Shown: in pieces, positions 1 to 7,853 of the stretch
Layout: each line of letters opens with the position of its first letter
Numbering within the stretch: position 1 is the stretch's first letter
Assembly: GCA_051252135.1 (NCBI GenBank)
Contig: JBPOGH010000003.1
Location: forward strand, 160,001-224,000
From: Verrucomicrobiaceae bacterium
GTDB taxonomy: Bacteria > Verrucomicrobiota > Verrucomicrobiia > Verrucomicrobiales > Akkermansiaceae
Length of the DNA: 64,000 bases
Direction of reading: 5' to 3'
Notes under the pieces: model-generated
Told to the model about the DNA's origin: nothing
Databases searched by the model: none
What the model saw: the letters and a program-made list of their open reading frames with translations, nothing else
Translations under genes and position numbers: made by a program

Positions 1-72
1 TAAATAGGTCGTTCGACCCCCAATGAAACGTGTCGTGTACCCTATAACAAGAGGAAAACTCCCCAACCCACT

Positions 73-756
73 CTACCGGTGCGCCTTTCGGTGCTCCTCA
101 AGCGTCTTTCCCAGCTGCCGCGTCACCTCGTCAAGTCGCTGCAGCAAGTCATCATAGCGCTCATCCTTCTTGGGTCCCGCCGCCGCAGGAACCGCCGGAA
201 CGTTCACCTGCGGCTTCCTCACCGCAGGCTTCCTCACCACTGGCCGGGCCTGCTGGCGCAGCCGGTCTTCCGCTTCAAATCTTTCCAATGTCAACTTCGC
301 CACCTCTTCCTCCATCGCACGCAGTCGCTGAATCCTCAACGCCGCCTCCGCATGGGCCTCCTGCAAGTCCTGACGGGACTTGGCCTGACGATTCCGCGCC
401 TCCGCCAATTCATCCCGCAGCTGCTCCACCAAGGCACGCTGACCGGACACCTCCGCATCCTTCATCACCTCCGCCTGACGGGACTTCGCCCTCAGCTTCG
501 CCACTTCCATCCGCAACGCACGCAACTCGCGCTTCATCATCTCATTCTCCTGATTCAACACATCACTCCGCTCACTCAACTCACGCACCCGCAAATCCGC
601 CATCGATTCCTTCTTCGCCTCTACCACCTCTGTTTCAGCCCTCGCAGCCTCCCCCGAAACTTCCTCGGAAATCCCTGTATTGACCATGCCGGCCATCAGG
701 ACCGCGATGAGGTTCTTGCCGGATATCGGAAACGAGCAGTGCGTGAACAGGTTCAT
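73..756 (-). CDS. Hypothetical coiled-coil protein
   Basis: 227-aa ORF, E/R/A/L-rich heptad pattern, G-ending codons like other minus-strand genes; start uncertain. Confidence 0.7.
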   Translation of the reverse strand: MNLFTHCSFPISGKNLIAVLMAGMVNTGISEEVSGEAARAETEVVEAKKESMADLRVRELSERSDVLNQENEMMKRELRALRMEVAKLRAKSRQAEVMKDAEVSGQRALVEQLRDELAEARNRQAKSRQDLQEAHAEAALRIQRLRAMEEEVAKLTLERFEAEDRLRQQARPVVRKPAVRKPQVNVPAVPAAAGPKKDERYDDLLQRLDEVTRQLGKTLEEHRKAHR

Positions 757-898
757 AACCCATGCAACTAATCATAAGTTGCTCACAGAGTCACGCCCCA
801 ACCTTTGGCTCCCTTGATTATCCGGTTCCGCCACTCCAAAAACCATAACTCAAATCTTTCATCTTGATTAGTCAAAGTCTCTCCGGTAAATTCCTCCC

Positions 899-1870
899 AT
901 GAACTCTCTTCTCAGGATCACTTCCCTGTTTCTCGCCCTCCTCGCAACCAGCTGTGTCAAAAAAAAGGACCCATCCGCCGGCCCCGGCGAAGGACCCTAT
1001 GAAATCACCACCACCATCGGCATGATCGCCGATGTCACCCGTGAGATCGTCGGCGACCGCGCCAACGTCACCAACCTCATCGGCGAGGGCACCGACCCCC
1101 ACGTCTACAAAACAACCAAAGGAGACATCGACCGCCTCAACGACTCCCACCTCGTCCTCTACAACGGCCTCCACCTCGAAGGCAAAATGGGCCAGGCCCT
1201 CGAAGCCCAAAAAGAAGCCGGTAAGCCCGTCTTCGCCGTCGCCGAAACCGTCCTCCTTCCCGACTACGACATCATCGGCACCGCTGACGATGCCGACCCC
1301 CACGTCTGGATGGACGTCAACGCCTGGTCCCGCGTCACCGAGGGAATCCTGGCCCACCTCATCGACTTCGATCCCGACCACCAAGACACCTACCTCAAAA
1401 ACTTCGCCGCCTACTCCGACCAACTCACCGCCCTCGATCAATACGCCAAAAAAAGCATCGCCAGCATCCCCGCCGACCGACGCGTCCTCGTCACCGCCCA
1501 TGATGCCTTCTCCTACCTCGGCCGCGCCTACGGCATCGAAGTCCGCGGCATCCAGGGCATCTCCACCGAGTCCGAAGCCGGCCTCAAGGAAATCAACGAC
1601 CTCGTCGACTACCTCGTCACCAAAAACATCCCCGCCGTCTTCGTCGAGTCATCCGTCTCCGATAAAAGCGTCAAAGCCCTCATCGAAGGCGCCAAAAGCC
1701 GCGGCCACCAGGTCATCATCGGCGGCGAACTCTTCTCCGACGCCATGGGCCCCAAAGGCACCTACGAAGGCACCTACCTCGGCATGATCGACCACAACAT
1801 CACCACCATCACCCGCTCCCTCGGCGGCACCGCCCCCGAAAAAGGCCTCCACGGAAAACTCTCCCACTAA
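899..1870 (+). CDS. troA: Mn/Zn/Fe ABC transporter substrate-binding lipoprotein (TroA family)
   Basis: Lipobox LLATSC; metal-ligand motifs DPHVY, DPHVW, HDAFSY, FSDA. Confidence 0.93.
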   Translation: MNSLLRITSLFLALLATSCVKKKDPSAGPGEGPYEITTTIGMIADVTREIVGDRANVTNLIGEGTDPHVYKTTKGDIDRLNDSHLVLYNGLHLEGKMGQALEAQKEAGKPVFAVAETVLLPDYDIIGTADDADPHVWMDVNAWSRVTEGILAHLIDFDPDHQDTYLKNFAAYSDQLTALDQYAKKSIASIPADRRVLVTAHDAFSYLGRAYGIEVRGIQGISTESEAGLKEINDLVDYLVTKNIPAVFVESSVSDKSVKALIEGAKSRGHQVIIGGELFSDAMGPKGTYEGTYLGMIDHNITTITRSLGGTAPEKGLHGKLSH

Positions 1871-2120
1871 CCCCCCACCTTCAATCATCTGCGTCAATCT
1901 GCGAAATCTGCGGATTCCCCCCCAACCAAGCTTCTGATTTTCTGCGCTTTCTGTGGTCCGCCCCCAACCAAGCTTCTGATTTTCTGCGCTTTCTGTGGTC
2001 CGCCCCCAACCAAGCCCCCACTTCCAAGTATCCCATCCATCCTGTCCATCTGCGGTTAAAACTCTCAGGAGCGGCAGCTCCAAAAGCCAATAGCCATCCG
2101 CCAATAGCTAACAGCCAGCC
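1871..2120 (+). repeat. Intergenic CAACCAAGC-delimited module array A, with an exact 42-bp tandem duplication
   Basis: CCCCCAACCAAGCTTCTGATTTTCTGCGCTTTCTGTGGTCCG at 1919-1960 and 1961-2002, third motif at 2003-2015; flanking ATCTGCG and CCAATAG repeats. Confidence 0.85.
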
Positions 2121-2152
2121 CCCGCACACCAAACCATCCCCGCCTCGAAAAA

Positions 2153-2968
2153 ATGTCCCCTCTCCCGTCATCCGCGACCAGGCCCTCCAGCCCACCCAGC
2201 GACCACTCCCCCGACCTTCCCCTTGCCGTCCACGACCTCACCGTCGCCTACCACCGCAAGCCCGTCCTCTGGGACATCGATCTCGACATCCCCAAAGGAT
2301 CCCTCGCCGGCATCGTCGGCCCCAACGGCGCCGGAAAATCCACCCTCCTCAAAGCCTGCCTCGACCTCATCCCCAAGACCTCCGGCGAAGTCCTCATCTA
2401 CGGCAAGCCCTACGAAGACCAGCGCGACCTCGTCGCCTACGTCCCCCAGCGCGAGTCCGTCGATTGGGACTTCCCCGTCAGCGCGCTCGACGTCGTCGCC
2501 ATGGGCACCTACCGCAAGCTCGGCTGGCTAAAACGCGTCACCAAAACCCAAAAAGACCAGGCCCGCACCGCCCTCGACCAGGTCGGCATCGGCCACCTCG
2601 CCGACCGCCAAATCTCCCAACTCTCCGGCGGCCAGCAACAACGCGTCTTCCTCGCCCGCGCCCTCGTTCAGGACGCCGACATCTACCTCATGGATGAGCC
2701 CTTCGCCGCTGTCGATGCCGCCACCGAGCAAGCCATCATCGCCCTCCTCCAGGAACTCAACGCACGCGGAAAAACCGTCCTCTGCGTCCATCACGATCTC
2801 GCCACCGTCTCACGCTACTTCGATTGGCTCGTCCTTCTCAACATGCGCATCGTCGCCAGCGGACCCACCAAGGAAACCTTCACCCGCGAAAACCTTCAAA
2901 AAGCCTACGGCGGAAAACTCAACCTCCTCGAGGACGCCGCACACGCACTCCAAAATGTCGGTCGCTGA
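2153..2968 (+). CDS. troB: Metal ABC transporter ATP-binding protein (TroB/MntB family)
   Basis: Walker A GPNGAGKST, signature LSGGQ, Walker B YLMDEP, family motif YVPQRESVDWDFP. Confidence 0.95.
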   Translation: MSPLPSSATRPSSPPSDHSPDLPLAVHDLTVAYHRKPVLWDIDLDIPKGSLAGIVGPNGAGKSTLLKACLDLIPKTSGEVLIYGKPYEDQRDLVAYVPQRESVDWDFPVSALDVVAMGTYRKLGWLKRVTKTQKDQARTALDQVGIGHLADRQISQLSGGQQQRVFLARALVQDADIYLMDEPFAAVDAATEQAIIALLQELNARGKTVLCVHHDLATVSRYFDWLVLLNMRIVASGPTKETFTRENLQKAYGGKLNLLEDAAHALQNVGR

Positions 2969-4328
2969 TTTCCATATCCTCGCCTCGTCGGAATTCCTCG
3001 ATACCCTCATCGAGACGCTCTTCCTCCAGAGCTACAACACCCGACTCGTCGTCCTCGGAACCGCCCTCCTCGGCGCCACCGCCGGACTCATCGGCTCCTT
3101 CCTCCTCCTCCGGAAACAGTCCCTCCTCGGTGACGCCCTCTCCCACGCCACCCTCCCCGGCATCGGCATCGCCTTCGCCGTCATGGTCGCCCTCGGCGGA
3201 GCCGGCCGCAACCTCCCCGGCCTCCTCCTCGGGGCCACCGTCACCGGCCTCCTCGGCGTCCTCCTCGTCATCGCCATCCGCCGCACCACCCGGCTGAAGG
3301 ACGACGCCGCCATGGGCATCGTCCTCTCCGTCTTCTTCGGCCTCGGCATCGCCATCCTCACCATGGTCCAAAAAATCCCCGGCCAATCCGCCGCCGGACT
3401 CGAATCCTTCATCTACGGCAAGCCCGCCTCGATGATCCTCACCGACTTCTACCTCATCGCCGGCACCCTCGTCGTCACCTCCCTCGTCTGCCTCCTCATC
3501 CTCAAAGAACTCACCCTTCTCTGCTTCGATGACTCCTTCGCCTCCACCCAAGGCTGGCCCACCACCCTCCTCGACATCCTTCTCATGGGCCTCGTCACCG
3601 CCGTCACCGTCGTCGGACTCCAGGCCGTCGGACTCATCCTCATCATCGCCTTCCTCATCACCCCGCCCACCGCCGCCCGCTTCTGGACCAACGAGCTGCG
3701 CAAAATGCTCCTCCTCTCCGCCCTCATCGGCGCCATCTCCGGCTGGCTCGGAGCCTCCCTCTCCGCCCTCTACCCCAACCTCCCCTCCGGAGCCATCATC
3801 GTCGTCGCCGCCGGTTCCATCTTCCTCATCTCCATGATCTTCGGCCCCGTCCGCGGCGTCCTCCCCCGCCAACTCCGCCAACACCAGCTCCGCCGAAAAG
3901 TCGGCCGCCAACACCTCCTCCGCTCCGTCTACGAAATCCTCGAATCCTCACAACAAATCGACGCCCTCCGCAACCTCCCCATCCCCATGGCCGATCTCCA
4001 GAAACACCGCGTCTGGTCCAAAGGAGAGCTCCCCCGACTCATCAAACAAGCCCGCTCCGAAGACCACCTCGAACGCCGACCCAACGGCGAACTCCAACTC
4101 TCCGAGTCCGGCTTCGGCGAAGCCTCACGCATCACCCGCAACCACCGCCTCTGGGAACTCTACCTCATCAAGCACGCCGATATCGCCCCCTCCCACGTCG
4201 ACCGCGACGCCGACATGGTCGAGCACATCCTCGGCGCCGACATGGTCCAACAACTCGAAGCCCAACTCGACCTCCAGGAACACACCCTCGAATCCCCTCA
4301 CCTCATCGAGAACGAATCCCAATCATGA
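2955..4328 (+). CDS. ABC-3 metal permease fused to a C-terminal DtxR/MntR-like domain (YtgCR-like)
   Basis: Likely ATG at 2955 overlapping the troB end; GDALSHATLPG permease motif; soluble C-terminus with RNHRLWELYL and DADMVEHIL. Confidence 0.88.
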   Translation: MSVADFHILASSEFLDTLIETLFLQSYNTRLVVLGTALLGATAGLIGSFLLLRKQSLLGDALSHATLPGIGIAFAVMVALGGAGRNLPGLLLGATVTGLLGVLLVIAIRRTTRLKDDAAMGIVLSVFFGLGIAILTMVQKIPGQSAAGLESFIYGKPASMILTDFYLIAGTLVVTSLVCLLILKELTLLCFDDSFASTQGWPTTLLDILLMGLVTAVTVVGLQAVGLILIIAFLITPPTAARFWTNELRKMLLLSALIGAISGWLGASLSALYPNLPSGAIIVVAAGSIFLISMIFGPVRGVLPRQLRQHQLRRKVGRQHLLRSVYEILESSQQIDALRNLPIPMADLQKHRVWSKGELPRLIKQARSEDHLERRPNGELQLSESGFGEASRITRNHRLWELYLIKHADIAPSHVDRDADMVEHILGADMVQQLEAQLDLQEHTLESPHLIENESQS

Positions 4329-5245
4329 AAAACATCACCATCTTCCTCGCCCTCACCTCCTCCGCCCTCGCCGGAACACCGGAACAACGCTGCTCCATCG
4401 ACAGCATCCTCCTGAAAGCCCTCAAAGCCGCAGACGGCCCAATCACTCAAAACATCGTCAGCGAAAACTTCAAGCCCGGCACCCGCGCCTCCGATCATCA
4501 AATCAACCGCGACAACATCGACCGAATCCTCAAATCCCCCTACCACCTCTTCAACCCCACCCCCGATAACCTCCTCCGCGACCTCTCCCCCGACCGACCC
4601 GACGCTACCGAATCTCCCATCACCGTCGACGCCGGACGCTTCGCCCTCGAAATGTCCCTCTTCGATTTCCGTCGCGATGGCGGCATCGAATCCACCACCT
4701 GGGGCGCCGTCAATTTCAAAGCCGGCCTCAGCCAAAACACCGACCTCCAAACCGTCTTCAACCTCTACACCGGAGACCAAGGCGGACCCGAGGGCTTCGG
4801 CGACCTCACCTTCCGCCTCAAACACAACCTCTGGGGAAATGACGGAGGAGACACCGCCCTCGCCCTCATGCCATGGGTCAAAATCCCCACCGGAGAACTC
4901 AGCAACGACCAATGGGAAGGCGGCCTCATCATCCCCTTCGCCATCGACCTCAACGACTCCGTCGGCCTCGGACTCATGGCCGAACTCGACTACCTCCACA
5001 ACGGCACCCGCCACGAGTTCGAATTCCTCCACACCGCCGTCCTCGGCATCAGCCTCACCGAAAAAGCCGGAGCCTACACCGAATACATCGGCATCTGGAA
5101 GGAAGACACCTACGAGGCCTACCTCGCCGGCGGCATGAACTACGCCGTCAACAACCACCTCATCCTCGACCTCGGAGTCCAAACCGGCCTCAACTCCGAC
5201 TCCGAAGACTTCGGCATCTTCACCGGCTTCACCAAACGCTTCTAA
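4325..5245 (+). CDS. Putative outer-membrane beta-barrel 'transporter' (Phenol_MetA_deg-like)
   Basis: Signal peptide, DRPDATESPITVDAG motif, amphipathic strands, terminal Phe (GFTKRF); ATGA overlap with upstream gene. Confidence 0.72.
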   Translation: MKNITIFLALTSSALAGTPEQRCSIDSILLKALKAADGPITQNIVSENFKPGTRASDHQINRDNIDRILKSPYHLFNPTPDNLLRDLSPDRPDATESPITVDAGRFALEMSLFDFRRDGGIESTTWGAVNFKAGLSQNTDLQTVFNLYTGDQGGPEGFGDLTFRLKHNLWGNDGGDTALALMPWVKIPTGELSNDQWEGGLIIPFAIDLNDSVGLGLMAELDYLHNGTRHEFEFLHTAVLGISLTEKAGAYTEYIGIWKEDTYEAYLAGGMNYAVNNHLILDLGVQTGLNSDSEDFGIFTGFTKRF

Positions 5246-5270
5246 CCCCCAAAAAAACACCCACGCCCTC

Positions 5271-5380
5271 CCCATTGGCCAACGGCCATCAACATACCAG
5301 CACAGGGCAAAGCCCTGTGACTCCTCACCCCAAAGAGAATGTGCGCCAACGGCGGACGACAAACCCCACGCATCCCCCAG
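5271..5380 (+). repeat. Orphan copy of the transposase-associated three-hairpin repeat
   Basis: TTGGCCAACGGCCATCAACATACCAGCACAGGGCAAAGCCCTGTG...ATGTGCGCCAACGGCGGACGA, near-identical to the units at 14367-14740. Confidence 0.92.
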
Positions 5381-5468
5381 CCCCTCCCCATCCACCCCGC
5401 CCCACCCAAAAAGCTCATCGCTCGCCGCTCGCAAGCTCTAAGCCATCCCTCAAACACTCCCTCAACAA

Positions 5469-6401
5469 ATGATTTGGACCGAAGCAGACACCGGCATTCT
5501 CCTCGTAGGCATCCTATGCGCCATGGCCTGTGCCTTGCCCGGATGCTTCCTCCTCCTCCGGCGCATGTCCATGATGGGCGATGCCATCTCACACGCCGTC
5601 CTCCCCGGCATCGCCATCGCCTTCCTCATCTCCAGCAGCCGCGCCAGCATCCCCATGTTCATCGGAGCCGCCCTCGCCGGAATCCTCACCGCCCTCTTCA
5701 CCCAGTGGATCACCAAGTTCGGAAAGGTCGACCGCGGAGCCGCCATGGGCATCGTCTTCACCACCCTCTTCGCCATCGGCCTCATCCTCATCAAACAAAC
5801 CGCCGACCACGTCGATCTCGACGCCTCCTGCGTCCTCTACGGTGCCCTCGAAGCCACCCCCCTCAACCAGGTCACCCTCTGGCAAAATGACGCCACCATC
5901 CTCCGCGTCCCCCACGCCTCCCTCGTCGTCGGCGGAGTCCTCCTCTTCAACGCCCTCGTCATCGCCCTCTTCTACAAAGAACTCACCCTCGCCTCCTTCG
6001 ATCCCGCCCTCGCCCGGGCCCACGGCTTCCGCCCCATGCTCATGCACTACCTCCTCATGACCATGGTCGCCATCACCACCGTCGCCGCCTTCGAGGCCGT
6101 CGGCTCCATCATCGTCATCGCCATGCTCATCGTCCCCCCCGCCACCGCCTTCCTCCTCACCCGCAGCCTCCCCCTCCTCATCGGCCTCAGCCTCGGCTTC
6201 GCCGCCCTCGGTGCCATCCTCGGCCACCTCAGCTCACAAGCCCTCCCCGCCTACTTTGGCCTCCCCGAAACCACCAGCTCCGGCATGATGGCCACCCTCT
6301 CGGGCCTCCTCTTCCTCCTCGTCTGGATCTTCGGCCCCCAGGGCCTCCTCCGCCGCTCCCTCCCCGGCGAGATCGAAGCCCCCGAAGAAATCTCTCCCTA
6401 A
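5469..6401 (+). CDS. troD: Metal ABC transporter permease (TroD family)
   Basis: GDAISHAVLPG motif, multiple TM helices, KELTLASFDP, EAVGSII. Confidence 0.92.
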   Translation: MIWTEADTGILLVGILCAMACALPGCFLLLRRMSMMGDAISHAVLPGIAIAFLISSSRASIPMFIGAALAGILTALFTQWITKFGKVDRGAAMGIVFTTLFAIGLILIKQTADHVDLDASCVLYGALEATPLNQVTLWQNDATILRVPHASLVVGGVLLFNALVIALFYKELTLASFDPALARAHGFRPMLMHYLLMTMVAITTVAAFEAVGSIIVIAMLIVPPATAFLLTRSLPLLIGLSLGFAALGAILGHLSSQALPAYFGLPETTSSGMMATLSGLLFLLVWIFGPQGLLRRSLPGEIEAPEEISP

Positions 6402-6666
6402 CCTCAAACAAGCCCCCCAACCAAGTTTCGTCCATTTCGTAATTTTCGTGGTTCCACATCCCCAAACAAGCCCCTCAACCCAAGCTTCTGATTTTTCTGC
6501 GCTTTCTGTGGTAAAAAACCCCTCAACCAAGCCTCTGCTCTCTCAGCTTTCTCTGTGGTCCAACTCCCCCCAACCAAGCCTTAAAAAACCTTCGCGTTTG
6601 AGCGGTTCCCCCTCCCCAAACCAACTCCCCCCAACCAAGCAATTCCTAATTCTAAATCCCTAATTA
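6402..6666 (+). repeat. Intergenic CAACCAAGC-delimited module array B
   Basis: About eight exact or variant motifs (6406, 6418, 6463, 6476, 6524, 6571, 6617, 6632) separating five different ~25-28-nt modules. Confidence 0.85.
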
Positions 6667-7662
6667 TCAAAACTCATCCATCATCTCCTCCAACCCCTCG
6701 TAATACCCCATGTAAACCGAGATGATCTTCCACCCGATGTAAGCCGCCACCAAAAAGTAAAACGCCTTCGGCAACAACACCGTCACCATCCGCGCACTCG
6801 TCCGCGCCTCCTCCGCAAATTTCTTGCTCCACCGCGTCAGATCCGCATCCAGCGAGCCCGACTTCTCCGCCGTCGCATACGACCTCGAAAACGCCACCGG
6901 GAACACCTTGTGCGCCTGAAACACCGGCCCCACCGCTTGCCCGTCGTCCACCGCCTTCTTCAAGTCCTTCCCCGCCTCGCGAATCACCCCGCTGTGCGCC
7001 GCCTCCGTCGCCATCTTCACCGTCCCGTGCATCGAGAGCCCCGCCGCCAAGCTCCCGTGATACACCTTCACAAATCTCGCCAACGCCAGATTCTTTCGCG
7101 ACTTCCCAATCAACGGAATCCACCCGATCACCCGATCAATCGCTGCATTGTTCGGAGCCCTCCGCATCAACCACCTCACCCCCAGAAAACACAAAAATCC
7201 CAACACATAACAAACCGCCAGCTTGATCATAAAATCCCGCATGATCTCCCCGCCATCCTTCCCCAGTCCGTGAAACAAACTGAACGGAATCACCGAAAGC
7301 AGCACCGCCAGATGAAATAACACCGCCGGATAAATCAAACTCCGCGTCATCTCCTTCCGCGAGTTCGCCAGCAAATCAAAATAATCCGCCAACTGCTGAA
7401 ACGCCACCCCCAGACGCCCTCCCCGCTCACCCGCATCAATGATGCTCGTCTCCATCTCCAGCATCTCCACCGGACTCTCCTCAAACGCCTCCGCAATCGA
7501 CCTCCCCGCCTTCATCGACGCCTGAATCGACATCAAAAATTCCTGATGCCCCGCCTCCTGACCCGTATCAAGCAAGGTCGTCGTCGCATCATTCATCCCA
7601 AACCCGGCATCCACCAGCTTCGCGTATTCTTGGTATAAATGACTCTTATCCTTTGGTGACAT
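6667..7662 (-). CDS. Type II secretion system F / PilC family protein
   Basis: AGERGGRL and AEKSGSLD repeats, LIYPAVL, three TM segments; likely ATG at 7662. Confidence 0.88.
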   Translation of the reverse strand: MSPKDKSHLYQEYAKLVDAGFGMNDATTTLLDTGQEAGHQEFLMSIQASMKAGRSIAEAFEESPVEMLEMETSIIDAGERGGRLGVAFQQLADYFDLLANSRKEMTRSLIYPAVLFHLAVLLSVIPFSLFHGLGKDGGEIMRDFMIKLAVCYVLGFLCFLGVRWLMRRAPNNAAIDRVIGWIPLIGKSRKNLALARFVKVYHGSLAAGLSMHGTVKMATEAAHSGVIREAGKDLKKAVDDGQAVGPVFQAHKVFPVAFSRSYATAEKSGSLDADLTRWSKKFAEEARTSARMVTVLLPKAFYFLVAAYIGWKIISVYMGYYEGLEEMMDEF

Positions 7663-7853
7663 CCTTCCCACACTCTATCCCCTCCCAATCCATACGGAAA
7701 CGAAAGATCCTCAAATCTTCACCCCCAAATTATGGCGCAATCCCTCCCAAATCCATGGCGCAAAACCTTCCTTTTCACAACATCCTCTTTCCTCTTTGCA
7801 AACTTGAAAGATTCCTCTTTCTAGGCGAGTTTAGAGGGCGACCACCCAAGCTC

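Noticed and set aside
764..782. GCAACT-N7-AGTTGC inverted repeat (and TTGATTAGTCAA near 864) as metal-regulator operator for troA
   Set aside because: Short, no match to a consensus I can vouch for; could be chance
2694..2954. N-terminal extensions in the ORF track (also 7653-7853, 20603-20701, 35887-36120, 48479-48649, 61610-62200)
   Set aside because: They overlap neighbouring genes or repeats; downstream starts give proper signal peptides or family N-termini
1871..6666. CAACCAAGC arrays as CRISPR
   Set aside because: Repeat is only 9-13 nt, spacing is irregular, spacers recur and are internally repetitive, and no cas genes are in the window
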